From contig CAYWFK010000005.1 of assembly GCA_964457375.1 (NCBI GenBank), positions 14,767-78,766 of the forward strand: a stretch of 64,000 nucleotides of DNA, written 5' to 3'. This document shows positions 8,398 through 17,497 of this stretch, in pieces. Origin of the DNA: an uncultured Anaerolineales bacterium. GTDB taxonomy: Bacteria; Chloroflexota; Anaerolineae; Anaerolineales; UBA11858. Numbering within the stretch: position 1 is the first letter of the stretch; every line of letters begins with the position of its first letter. The translations under genes were made by a program, and so were the position numbers. The notes under the pieces are model-generated. The model worked only from the letters and a program-made list of their open reading frames with translations, did no database searches and was not told the origin of the DNA.

Positions 8398-10905
8398 TCA
8401 GTCTTTTTTGCTCTCGCCGGCTTCCATCTTTTCGTCACTTGCCTTTTCCTTTGGCTCATCATCCGCTGATTGGCGAAAAACCAGCCCGCTCTTCCCGTCT
8501 TTTTCCTCGGTGTCGATGATGACCGTATCCCCTTTCTTGAAATCGCCGCTGAGAATCTTGACCGACAAGGGACTTTCCACATATTTTTGGAGTGCGCGTT
8601 TAAGCGGTCTAGCCCCAAAAGCGGGATTGAAACCTTCGTTGGCCAGCCATTCCCGCCCCGCCGGGGTAAGCACGGTTGTCAATCCGTGTTCTTCCAGACG
8701 TTCCTGGACTTCCTTGATTTGCAAGTCGACAATTTGGCTCATTTCTTCGATGGAAAGGGGTGAAAACGTAATGATTTCATCGATCCGGTTGAGAAATTCA
8801 GGACGAAATGTTTTCTTCAACTCTTTTTCGATTTTTTCCTGTGCTTTACGTTCTTCTTCATCGTCATTGCTTTGCAGGAAACCCAAAGTGCCGGAGCTGC
8901 GAACAAACTCCGTGCCCAAATTGCTGGTCATAATCAACACAGAGTTCCTGAAATCGACAACCCGTCCCTGCCCGTCGGTCAATCTTCCGTCATCCAGAAT
9001 TTGAAGCAAGGCATTCCAGACTTCCGGATGGGCTTTTTCGATTTCATCGAAAAGAATCACCCGATAAGGGCGTCTGCGCACCGCTTCCGTCAGTTGCCCC
9101 CCCTCCTCATAGCCAACATACCCGGGAGGTGCTCCGAACAGCCGTGAAACCGTATGCTGCTCGCGGTATTCGCTCATATCGATACGCACCAGGGCATCCT
9201 GGTCATCGAAAAGAAATTCCGCCAAAGCCTTGGCCATTTCCGTCTTGCCTACGCCGGAAGGTCCAATGAAAATAAAAGAACCGATTGGGCGGTGCGGGTC
9301 TTTCAACCCGGAGCGCGCCCTGCGGATGGCGTCCGATACTGCGACAATGGCTTCGTGCTGCCCGATGATTCGCTCATGCAAACGGTCTTCCATTTGAAGC
9401 AGTTTCTCCGATTCGGTTTCCAGCATCTGGTTGACGGGAATTCCCGTCCACTGGGAAACCACCTGGGCGACATCATCTTCATCAACCACTTCATCCAGTT
9501 CGTGTTCCGACTCCCATTTGTCCCGCTCGCGGGCAAAATCCCGTTCGGCGCGCAGCCGTTCCGCTTTCATTTGGGCAGCCCGTTCGTAATCGCGCTCCAG
9601 CCCCGCCTGTTCTTCTTCTTTCATCAGGCGGTCGATTTCGCTTTTCATCTCTTTCAATTCAGGGGGCAGGGAATACAAGGCAACCCGCAATTTTGCTGCG
9701 GCTTCGTCCATCAGGTCGATAGCCTTGTCAGGCAAATGCCTGTCGGTTACATACCGGTCAGAAAGCCGGGTGGCAGCAATCAGGGCATCATCCGAAAACC
9801 GGACTTTGTGATGCGCTTCATAACGATCGCGCAAGCCGCGCAGCATTTCGATTGTCGCTTCGACAGTTGGTTCTTCGACGAACACCGGGGCAAACCGCCG
9901 CTCCAGTGCGCTGTCTTTTTCGATGTATTTATGGTACTCGTCAAGGGTGGTAGCCCCGACACATTGCAACTCCCCGCGTGCCAATGCCGGTTTGAGCATA
10001 TTGGAAGCGTCCATAGCTCCCTGAGCAGCCCCTGCACCAACCACGGTATGCAATTCGTCGATGAACAGGATGATTTCGCCTTCCGAGCGCTGTACGTCTT
10101 CGATGGCTGCTTTCAGGCGTTCTTCGAACTCCCCGCGGAACCGGGAGCCGGCAATCATTGCACCCAGGTCCAGAGAAACCACACGCTTGCCGGAAAGGAT
10201 TTCCGGCACATCATTGGTCGCAATCTTTTGCGCCAATCCTTCCACAATCGCGGTCTTGCCAACCCCCGCTTCACCAATCAAAACCGGATTGTTCTTCGTG
10301 CGGCGTGAAAGGATTTGAATCACCCGCAGAATTTCCGAATCCCGCCCAATCACCGGATCCAGTTTCCCTTCCCTCGCCATGGCAGTCAAATCACGCGAAT
10401 ACTTTTCGAGAATACGATAGCGCGTTTCCGCCTGCGGATCCGTCACCCGCTGTCCACCGCGCACCTGCTGAATGGCTTCATAAACCCGGTCCTTGGTCAC
10501 GCCGGCGCCATCGAGCAGCCTGCCCGCAGGGGAATTCCGTTCGCTGAGAATCGCGAGGAACAAATGCTCCGTAGAGATATATTCGTCTTTCAGCCGGTTG
10601 GCTTCCTGATTGGCTAGATCGACAATGCGCTTCACCCGGGGAGTAATGAAAATCTGCCCCGCGCCGCTGCCAAAGATATTGGCTTTCGGGCTGGTTTTCA
10701 AAATATAGTCCAGCCTCTCGACAAGCGCATCTGAATCGACATTGAGTATCTCAAGAATCTGGGAAATCACCCCCTGGGGTTGTTCGATCAACGCCAGCAA
10801 AATATGCTCCGTGTCAATCTGGTTATGTCCGTAACGCTGAATGATTTCAGCCGCCCGCTGGGCAGCTTCCTGCGCTCTTTCCGTAAAACGATCAAATCGC
10901 ATCAT
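8398..10905 (-). CDS. clpC: ATP-dependent Clp protease ATP-binding subunit ClpC (Hsp100/Clp AAA+)
   Basis: 835 aa with two Clp_N repeats, two AAA+ modules ([16 protein letters not shown]) and a short UVR-like middle domain ([15 protein letters not shown]). A ClpP-docking LGF loop (SSGTLGFLQ) favours ClpC over ClpB. Confidence 0.9.
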   Translation of the reverse strand: MMRFDRFTERAQEAAQRAAEIIQRYGHNQIDTEHILLALIEQPQGVISQILEILNVDSDALVERLDYILKTSPKANIFGSGAGQIFITPRVKRIVDLANQEANRLKDEYISTEHLFLAILSERNSPAGRLLDGAGVTKDRVYEAIQQVRGGQRVTDPQAETRYRILEKYSRDLTAMAREGKLDPVIGRDSEILRVIQILSRRTKNNPVLIGEAGVGKTAIVEGLAQKIATNDVPEILSGKRVVSLDLGAMIAGSRFRGEFEERLKAAIEDVQRSEGEIILFIDELHTVVGAGAAQGAMDASNMLKPALARGELQCVGATTLDEYHKYIEKDSALERRFAPVFVEEPTVEATIEMLRGLRDRYEAHHKVRFSDDALIAATRLSDRYVTDRHLPDKAIDLMDEAAAKLRVALYSLPPELKEMKSEIDRLMKEEEQAGLERDYERAAQMKAERLRAERDFARERDKWESEHELDEVVDEDDVAQVVSQWTGIPVNQMLETESEKLLQMEDRLHERIIGQHEAIVAVSDAIRRARSGLKDPHRPIGSFIFIGPSGVGKTEMAKALAEFLFDDQDALVRIDMSEYREQHTVSRLFGAPPGYVGYEEGGQLTEAVRRRPYRVILFDEIEKAHPEVWNALLQILDDGRLTDGQGRVVDFRNSVLIMTSNLGTEFVRSSGTLGFLQSNDDEEERKAQEKIEKELKKTFRPEFLNRIDEIITFSPLSIEEMSQIVDLQIKEVQERLEEHGLTTVLTPAGREWLANEGFNPAFGARPLKRALQKYVESPLSVKILSGDFKKGDTVIIDTEEKDGKSGLVFRQSADDEPKEKASDEKMEAGESKKD

Positions 10906-10950
10906 AAAAAACCTTCCTGTTTGGTTGACGACAGGCTATTTCCTGGATAA

Positions 10951-10959
10951 ATTATAACA
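10951..10959 (-). promoter_or_regulatory. Extended -10 promoter element (TGTTATAAT) for clpC
   Basis: The reverse complement of 10951-10959 is TGTTATAAT, about 45 nt upstream of the clpC ATG. No good -35. Confidence 0.35.
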
Positions 10960-11081
10960 TTCCGGTATGCAGAAAACCCTCACGCAAAGGTAAGAAATCT
11001 ATATGAAATATCCTGCACATCGAAAGCCTTTTTTCCATGCCTTTTCCGCAGACACTGCGAAAACACTGCATGCAAACAGTC

Positions 11082-12590
11082 TCAGGGAGTAAGCGTTACC
11101 GGCGCCTGGGGGGAAGGGGTAATCAGGTAAAGTTGCGGTATCCAGCCTTGTCTTCCCGCCTGGTCCTCCACTTCGACCCAAACCAGCCCGTTGATGATCT
11201 GGTAACCGGTCAGCACGTGAAGCGTCTCGCCCAGCCGCAGCGAACCGATTTCAGGCCCGCCGGGGAACTGGCGTAATCTCAACCCCGGGAAGGTAACCCG
11301 TTTTACCAACGCCGGGTAAGGCGTTGGTGTTGCTGTCTCCGTCGGTGTCGAAGTCGGCAATGCGGTTGCCGTGCCGGTGCTTGTCGGCAACGGTGTACCT
11401 GTTTCTGTCGGCAGCGGTGTAACGGTCGGGGTTGGGCTAGGTCCCGGAGTGGGTGTGAGCGTAATCGTCGCTGTCGGTGTTGCCGTCGGCGGAGCTTTCG
11501 GGTCGAGGTTGATGATCAAAATTTGGTTGATCGAGAGTTCGATTTCCCTGTCCATATACCGAAGCCGGTCGATAATCGCATTTTGCAGCGCTTCCCCCTG
11601 GGCATGCTGCAATGGTTTCTTCGTCCTGACGGTCAAAATCAAACGCATCAGGCGGTTACGGTTGATGATTTCCAGCCCCGCCAATTCGGACCCGTTGATT
11701 TTGGAAACCTCCTCGGAAACCACTTTTTCGATTTCTGCGCGCTGCGCAGCCTGCTCCCGAATTTTCGCCCCCTCCCTGACAAATTTGATACTGAAATAAG
11801 TCAGCGGGGCAAGAAGAATCAAGATCACCACCGCCGATACGACAAGGTTGCGCGGCAAATGATGCACGTTGTTCTCCAATCCCAGGCGCTCGCGGCTAAA
11901 CCCCAGCGCCACGAAAACAAGCATCCCTGCAAAAGCAATCGTTACTGCGTTCGTCAGGAAGAGAAGAAGCGCCCCGCCGGCGACATCCACACGTCCAAAC
12001 GCCAGCCCCACGCCAACAACCGAAAGCGGCGGCATCAACGCTGTTGCGATAGCAACACCAGGCAATGCTGCGGAAATATCCGGCATTGCAAGGGCAAAAG
12101 CCGCAGCAAGCCCGCCTGCCAGAGCAATACCCAAATCAATCGGGCTTGGCTGGGTACGGATGAGCACTTCGTGCGGCAGGTTTTCCACCCGCAGGTCAAG
12201 AAACGGCATAAACCGGTTGCCGAGTGTCAACAAAAACGAAATGAAGATCGACAGAAGCGCACCCTTCACCAGTGCAGAAGCCGCCTTCCGCAACAAATCA
12301 CTATTTCCCGTTACCGAAGCCATCCCCAGCCCGATGATTGGGGTCATCAAAGGGGCGACAAGCATTGCCCCGATGATTGTTGCGGCCGAGTCAGTCAGCA
12401 AACCCAGGGTGGCAATCACACTGGAAAGCAAAGTAAGCAGGAAAAAATCGAAATCCGGAGAAGAATTCTCCCCCAATTGCCGCTGGACTTCACTCCTGCG
12501 TTCCCCGCTCAAAGGCGGTGAAATCCGCCGCCACAAATAACGCAAAGATGTCCAGGTTTTGAGTAATTTATCGTTTGTTTTCCGTTCCAT
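11082..12590 (-). CDS. DUF389 family membrane protein with C-terminal Pro/Thr linker and SH3-like domain
   Basis: ATG at 12590 preferred over the TTG at 12626. DUF389-type TM core (GAMLVAPLMTPI..., ATALMPPL). A roughly 60-aa PT-rich linker is followed by LRLRQFPGGPEIGSLRLGETLHVL...GLVWVEVED..GRQGWI, which looks like a bacterial SH3. Confidence 0.8.
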   Translation of the reverse strand: MERKTNDKLLKTWTSLRYLWRRISPPLSGERRSEVQRQLGENSSPDFDFFLLTLLSSVIATLGLLTDSAATIIGAMLVAPLMTPIIGLGMASVTGNSDLLRKAASALVKGALLSIFISFLLTLGNRFMPFLDLRVENLPHEVLIRTQPSPIDLGIALAGGLAAAFALAMPDISAALPGVAIATALMPPLSVVGVGLAFGRVDVAGGALLLFLTNAVTIAFAGMLVFVALGFSRERLGLENNVHHLPRNLVVSAVVILILLAPLTYFSIKFVREGAKIREQAAQRAEIEKVVSEEVSKINGSELAGLEIINRNRLMRLILTVRTKKPLQHAQGEALQNAIIDRLRYMDREIELSINQILIINLDPKAPPTATPTATITLTPTPGPSPTPTVTPLPTETGTPLPTSTGTATALPTSTPTETATPTPYPALVKRVTFPGLRLRQFPGGPEIGSLRLGETLHVLTGYQIINGLVWVEVEDQAGRQGWIPQLYLITPSPQAPVTLTP

Positions 12591-12692
12591 GGATTTTATT
12601 GTACCCGCAAAAAGGGGATTGGGCAAAGGGCATGGCGTCAGTTTTTCGGCACCAAACCGCCTTGTTCAGGTGGTAAAATCCATACCAAGGCT

Positions 12693-13688
12693 ATGAAACC
12701 TTCGACACCAGACACCCCGGCGACGGGGCATTTGCGTCCCTACCAATTCCGTAAGGATTTGCGTGCCATCAGCGACCTAATCGAACTATGCTTCGATAAA
12801 ACGCTGGACCCGGACGGCAGGCGTTATCTCAAGCGCATGCGTCTGGTTGCACAACACACCGGGACGCGCTTTTACTCCAGCCTTATGCTCAGCAACACCA
12901 GCATTCCAACCACCGGGTTCGTTTGGGAAACCGGCGGGAAAATCGTCGGGAATCTCAGCATGGTGCCATTCTATGACGGGGCAAAGCGGTTCTATCTAAT
13001 TGCCAACGTTGCCGTCCATCCTGATTTTCGGCGCAGAGGGATTGCCCGCGCGATGACAAGCGCAGCAATTCGCAAGGTCAAACAACTGGGATACAAGGAA
13101 CTCTGGCTTCAAGTACGTGAAGACAACCCGGGTGCCTGCCGGCTCTATGATTCCCTCGGCTTCGAGGTCATCAAACGCAGGAACACCTGGCTGCTTTCCC
13201 CCGGGAAACTCTCCGGTAAACAACCCGTATCGCGTTCAGGTGAGAAAGTTCCCCGTCTGCGTATCGTTCCCCATCGCCCCCAATACTGGAAACAACATCT
13301 CGCCTGGCTTGACGTCAACTACCCCGAAAACATCCGCTGGCACATGCCGATTCGCATCTCCTCGATGCAGCCCGGCTTGCTGGGTAACATTCGCCGCTTA
13401 CTCGGAGATGTTACCATCAGGCAATGGTGCGTTGCCAACCAAACGCACCTGTTGGGCATCCTCACCTGGCAGTCATCCCGCTCGCATGCCGATCATCTCT
13501 GGCTGGCTGCACCGCCCGAATCCATCCTGCCGGTGCTCAAAACAGGGTTATCCGTGATGGTAAAGGATATCCGCATAACCCGCCCCATGCTGCTTACCTT
13601 CCCCGCCGGCATTGCAGAAGAAAGTTTCACAAACGCCGGTTTCATTAAGCAGCAAACTTTGCTGTGGATGCGCAAATCTTTTCTTTGA
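12693..13688 (+). CDS. GNAT family N-acetyltransferase
   Basis: Acetyl-CoA binding motif VHPDFRRRGIARAM...LWLQVREDNPGACRLYDSLGFE. Confidence 0.8.
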   Translation: MKPSTPDTPATGHLRPYQFRKDLRAISDLIELCFDKTLDPDGRRYLKRMRLVAQHTGTRFYSSLMLSNTSIPTTGFVWETGGKIVGNLSMVPFYDGAKRFYLIANVAVHPDFRRRGIARAMTSAAIRKVKQLGYKELWLQVREDNPGACRLYDSLGFEVIKRRNTWLLSPGKLSGKQPVSRSGEKVPRLRIVPHRPQYWKQHLAWLDVNYPENIRWHMPIRISSMQPGLLGNIRRLLGDVTIRQWCVANQTHLLGILTWQSSRSHADHLWLAAPPESILPVLKTGLSVMVKDIRITRPMLLTFPAGIAEESFTNAGFIKQQTLLWMRKSFL

Positions 13689-13908
13689 CGCCAACGGCAT
13701 CCCCACCCCCTTCCCCTACCGCATCCAAACAAAACAGCTCTTTCATTTTTCGTTTCCATGGAAAGCCGGCAGAAACGGCGCACTGGCGCAGGCTGGCAGT
13801 TTTGTTGCTATTCCCTCCGCAGCGCTTCGAAACACGCCCCCGGATTTTGCGTATATAATAGAAGCAAGTGAAACAACTAAAAAACAGAGAACAATAAGGA
13901 TAAAATCC

Positions 13909-14298
13909 ATGAACAATTTTTTCATTCGTTTGGTAATCAATGCAATCGCATTGTATGCTGCGATCAAACTCGTTCCCGGCATTCATGCCCAAAGCCTCAG
14001 CTGGCTGGCGCTGGGCGGGCTGGCACTGATTTTCGGTGTGCTGAACGCGCTCTTGCGCCCCCTGCTCAAACTGCTCACCTGTCCGCTGATCATTCTTACA
14101 CTGGGGCTATTCACGCTGGTGATCAACACTTTCATGTTTTACCTGGCAGGCTGGATTGGCAGATCTTTCGGCATCGGCTTCACGGTCGAAGGATTTTGGT
14201 CAGCCTTTGCCGGCGCTATCATCACCAGCCTGGTGAGTATTGCCCTGAGCTTGCTGCTCAAAGACGATTCCCGTCACTTCGTCCACAAAGTGGAATAA
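13909..14298 (+). CDS. Phage holin family IV / DUF360 membrane protein
   Basis: Start refined to the ATG at 13909. The 129-aa product MNNFFIRLVINAIALYAAIKLVPGI... has four TM helices and the typical DUF360 pattern. Confidence 0.75.
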   Translation: MNNFFIRLVINAIALYAAIKLVPGIHAQSLSWLALGGLALIFGVLNALLRPLLKLLTCPLIILTLGLFTLVINTFMFYLAGWIGRSFGIGFTVEGFWSAFAGAIITSLVSIALSLLLKDDSRHFVHKVE

Positions 14299-14346
14299 CC
14301 GCCCGGAATTTCTCTCTGCAGTCCGCATCTGAAAACAGTACTATCC

Positions 14347-14386
14347 AATCCCGAACAGCCTCACAGCCGTTCGGGATTACTTTTTA
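14347..14386 (+). terminator. Rho-independent terminator after the DUF360 gene
   Basis: 10-bp stem AATCCCGAAC/GTTCGGGATT with a 12-nt loop, followed by ACTTTTTAT. Confidence 0.75.
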
Positions 14387-14398
14387 TGTTGTATTAAT

Positions 14399-14427
14399 TT
14401 GACTTTCCGTTCATCTCAGCGTATACT
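14399..14427 (+). promoter_or_regulatory. Near-consensus sigma70-type promoter (TTGACT-17 nt-TATACT)
   Basis: -35 TTGACT at 14399-14404, exact 17-nt spacer, -10 TATACT at 14422-14427. Predicted TSS near 14434. Confidence 0.6.
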
Positions 14428-14497
14428 CACTAATAGTGAGAAGGAATGTTTCAATGCCCAGAAACAAACAAAAAAACACCTGAAATGAACCATCAAG

Positions 14498-14525
14498 GCA
14501 CGCGTAAACGAACGCGTGCTTTTTT
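14498..14525 (+). terminator. Intrinsic terminator inside the leader upstream of the SWIM gene (attenuator or sRNA 3' end)
   Basis: 8-bp GC-rich stem GCACGCGT/ACGCGTGC with loop AAACGA, followed by TTTTTT. It lies about 65-90 nt downstream of the predicted TSS and 30 nt upstream of the SWIM start. Confidence 0.65.
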
Positions 14526-14555
14526 ACAAGCCAAATTTTCACCATAAGGAGAGTG

Positions 14556-14801
14556 ATGACCATGGACTACGGGATGATTGGGAAAATCGACAAAGCCAAA
14601 CGGTATGCTGAAGAGCGCAACCGTATACACATCAACGAACTTACCGTAACCTTCGAAGGAGCGAATAACCCCCACACTGTCCACTATCAGGATGGTGCGT
14701 GGAATTGTGATTGCACTTTCTTCCAGTCGCGCGGGCGTTGCAGCCATACGATGGCTTTGGAAATCATCCTGGAAGGCATGTTGCCGGAAAAATCCGCATA
14801 A
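14556..14801 (+). CDS. SWIM zinc-finger domain protein (small, stand-alone)
   Basis: An AAGGAG RBS lies 6-7 nt upstream of the ATG at 14556. CxC-x10-CxH SWIM signature (WNCDCTFFQSRGRCSHT). Confidence 0.8.
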   Translation: MTMDYGMIGKIDKAKRYAEERNRIHINELTVTFEGANNPHTVHYQDGAWNCDCTFFQSRGRCSHTMALEIILEGMLPEKSA

Positions 14802-14821
14802 ACTCGACAGCGTTTCTTCCA

Positions 14822-14857
14822 AAGGGCGCAAACAAAAGTCTTGCGCCCTTTTTTGTT
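14822..14857 (+). terminator. Rho-independent terminator after the SWIM gene
   Basis: 10-bp stem AAGGGCGCAA/TTGCGCCCTT followed by TTTTGTT. Confidence 0.8.
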
Positions 14858-14918
14858 AGGGGTCATTCAAGGCAGCAAACCTGCTTTTGTCCCCTGTTCT
14901 CCATGATATAATCCCCCC

Positions 14919-15758
14919 ATGAATCAAACCGACACAACCCATCCATCCCGCACGGACAACGAAGATACCTTTATATTCAAACGTTCTCACGTCTATGCAA
15001 TGTTCATCCCCGTGGCATTCGTCCTGGGGCTGGCAGCGGGCTATTTCCTGTGGGGGAACAGCAGCCACCCGTCCCAACCGCCTGTGGCATTAGCCGAACA
15101 GGTAACACAGGCTGCGCAGGTTCCTCAGCCCCCGCAAGACAACAATCCGGCAGCTCCAGACGCCGCAGGCCGTGAAAACAACCCCGCCCCGAACAACCCC
15201 AATCCGGCAGGCACCCCGCGTGTTCACCGCTATGATGTTCCTGTGGATGATGACCCCGTTTTGGGTTCGGCGGATGCACCGATTACAATCATCGAATTCA
15301 GTGATTACGAATGTCCCTACTGCAAACGCTTCCACAACGAAGTGCTGCCGCGGCTGATCAAAGAATACGGAGATAAAATCCGCTTCGTTTACCGCGATTT
15401 TCCGCTTTCATCCATGCACAGCAACTCCGAGTCTGCTGCCGAAGCAGCCAACTGCGCCGGTGAGCAAAATGCATACTGGCAGTTCAGCGACAAACTCTTC
15501 GGCGGCGAATTCCCGCTGGGGAAAAACGCATACCTGAAATATGCCGAACAATTGAACCTCGACATGACAACTTTCGGTGAATGCCTTTCGAGCAAAAGAC
15601 AACATGCCGAAGTCATGGCAGATTTATCCTACGCGACCCAGCTGGGTATCCGCTCCACCCCCACGTTCTTCCTCAACGGTATTCCCATTGTCGGAGCGCA
15701 GCCCTACGAGGTCTTCAAACAAGTCATCGACAAAGAATTAGCCGGCGAAATCCCATAA
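14919..15758 (+). CDS. DsbA-family thioredoxin-fold protein, membrane-anchored
   Basis: N-terminal TM helix and a Pro/Ala/Gln-rich linker, then a thioredoxin fold with a CPYC active site (FSDYECPYCKRF). Confidence 0.85.
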   Translation: MNQTDTTHPSRTDNEDTFIFKRSHVYAMFIPVAFVLGLAAGYFLWGNSSHPSQPPVALAEQVTQAAQVPQPPQDNNPAAPDAAGRENNPAPNNPNPAGTPRVHRYDVPVDDDPVLGSADAPITIIEFSDYECPYCKRFHNEVLPRLIKEYGDKIRFVYRDFPLSSMHSNSESAAEAANCAGEQNAYWQFSDKLFGGEFPLGKNAYLKYAEQLNLDMTTFGECLSSKRQHAEVMADLSYATQLGIRSTPTFFLNGIPIVGAQPYEVFKQVIDKELAGEIP

Positions 15759-15792
15759 GCCGCACCTGCTCTCGAAACAAAGTCCTTACCGG

Positions 15793-15822
15793 GTCGCAGG
15801 GTCTCCTGCGGCTCTTTGTTTT
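15793..15822 (+). terminator. Probable Rho-independent terminator after the dsbA-like gene
   Basis: 8-bp stem GTCGCAGG/CCTGCGGC (one G-U pair) with a GTCT loop, followed by TCTTTGTTTT. Confidence 0.55.
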
Positions 15823-15998
15823 CCGGCTTGTTCCCCGTCGTTCAACGCCAACCGCCGCTTCCGGCAATACACGGTTCAATCCGGCTGTGCAGCGAAACAG
15901 CCCTGGTTTCTCCGCAAAGGGGAGTCCCTGCAAGGGCAAACCCTTCTCCCCCTGTTATAATTATTCATCCCGATAATCATCGCTTGGGCAGGTTATAT

Positions 15999-17393
15999 AT
16001 GGAAATAAACGCACAACAACATCATTTCGAGAACGTCCTTCAGGAAGGTATTCGGATAGCAAAACTTGGCGAGAAGGAACACGCGCGCCATCTGCTGAAT
16101 AAAGCCGTCGAGATTAAAAATACCGATGCCCGCCCGTGGTTATGGCTTGCCGAACTTGCCGAGACCCGACAGGAAAAACGGGATTATCTCGAATCGGCAG
16201 TGGCAGCAGAACCCGGTAATCCGCAGGCACGGCGGGAACTCGGATTGTTTTCCGGTAAAATTCCGTCGGCAACCGTTCTCGCAGAAGGGGAAGGGGTACA
16301 CATTTCCCATACCGAAACTCCGCTCGATTCCCATTCCAAAAACACCTACCTGTGCCAAAAATGCGGGGCGGCATTGACATACGATATCCACGCCGACCAG
16401 CTGGAATGCAAACATTGCGGCACATCCATTCCCGTGGAACACATCCCCGCTGCCGACGCAGCCGAGCAGGTACTCGATTTCGTCCTGCCGACCCGGCAGG
16501 GGCACACATGGGCGGAAAACGCCCAGCGCTATGCCTGCGCCCAATGCGGTGCTGTCAGCATCTGGCTTCCCGGGCAAACCACTTTGGCATGCCCTTACTG
16601 CGGTTCCGGCCATCTGATTGAATCGACCGAAACCGCCGATATGATCGAACCGCACGCAATCGGGTTGATGCATATCGACAAAAAAGAAGCTGCCGAAGCA
16701 GCCAAAACCTGGCTGAGCAAGGACTGGTTCGTCCCTGACGATTTGACCGAAACAATATCAGATTTCAATCTGCGACCGGCGTATTATCCGTTTTGGACCT
16801 TCGACGGCACAATGGAATTCAAATGGTCGTGCCAGGTAAACGAAGGCTCGAAGAAAAATCCCATCTGGGTCAAGCAGTCCGGGGTGGATTACGAAATGTA
16901 TGATGACATCCTCATTCCCGCAATCCGGATGCTTCATCCGGGAGAAATCAACAAAATCACACCCTTCTTTCTGAAAGAAGTGATTCGCTTCAAACCGGCT
17001 TTCCTCGCCGGATGGACAGCCTTAACTTACTCGCTCTCGCTCTCCGACGGCTCATTGAATGCCCGCGAACAAGTCGTTCGCCGTGTTAAAAAGGAAATCA
17101 ACCAGCGCATCGCTCCCGGTAAAGAAAAAAAGGACATGGTTTTCATCCCGAAAAGCTGGCAGGATACCACTTTCAAACTCGTCTTGCTCCCCTTATGGCT
17201 GGGAAATTACCGTTACAAAGGACAAAATTACACGCTGATGATCAACGGGCAAACCGGCAATATCACCGGGGAAAAACCCAAAGACAAAATCAACACAACC
17301 GGTATCGTGCTTTCAGCCATCCTGACGCTCATCCTCCTGTTCCTGCTGCTCATTCTTGCCGGTATCAATTTCGGCTGGATCAACACCCCATAA
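15999..17393 (+). CDS. Hypothetical TPR-like / double zinc-ribbon protein with C-terminal TM anchor
   Basis: Start refined to the ATG at 15999. Two CxxC-x(n)-CxxC ribbons (CQKCGA...CKHCGT and CAQCGA...CPYCGS). Conserved-looking [32 protein letters not shown]. Hydrophobic C-terminal helix. Confidence 0.6.
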   Translation: MEINAQQHHFENVLQEGIRIAKLGEKEHARHLLNKAVEIKNTDARPWLWLAELAETRQEKRDYLESAVAAEPGNPQARRELGLFSGKIPSATVLAEGEGVHISHTETPLDSHSKNTYLCQKCGAALTYDIHADQLECKHCGTSIPVEHIPAADAAEQVLDFVLPTRQGHTWAENAQRYACAQCGAVSIWLPGQTTLACPYCGSGHLIESTETADMIEPHAIGLMHIDKKEAAEAAKTWLSKDWFVPDDLTETISDFNLRPAYYPFWTFDGTMEFKWSCQVNEGSKKNPIWVKQSGVDYEMYDDILIPAIRMLHPGEINKITPFFLKEVIRFKPAFLAGWTALTYSLSLSDGSLNAREQVVRRVKKEINQRIAPGKEKKDMVFIPKSWQDTTFKLVLLPLWLGNYRYKGQNYTLMINGQTGNITGEKPKDKINTTGIVLSAILTLILLFLLLILAGINFGWINTP

Positions 17394-17497
17394 CAAGAGG
17401 AACGCTTCCACAATCCGGCACGCCTGCCGATAGCACAATCTCCGGACGGCGGAGTATAATCACCCTTCGATATCCGAGAACAAATACCAGAGGATTT

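Noticed and set aside
9154-10308. 384-aa ORF antisense to clpC. Similar long antisense ORFs occur at 11523..12521, 17510..18631, 50591..51649, 54364..55662, 58832..59704 and 60056..60985.
   Set aside because: Each lies entirely inside a well-supported conserved gene on the opposite strand. Their products are low-complexity and Arg/Pro/His-rich with no recognisable motifs. They are typical shadow ORFs caused by codon bias.
17195-17497. N-terminal extension of the glyQS ORF (the track start at 17195 overlaps the preceding gene by 200 nt). Comparable 5' extensions appear on track ORFs at 13612, 15816, 31901, 32173, 38103, 40291, 61796, 46888, 49167, 50807, 51616, 52640 and 59374.
   Set aside because: In each case the conserved protein begins at an internal ATG, often with an SD. 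The upstream part is basic or low-complexity, or overlaps a neighbouring gene. Starts were therefore refined inward.
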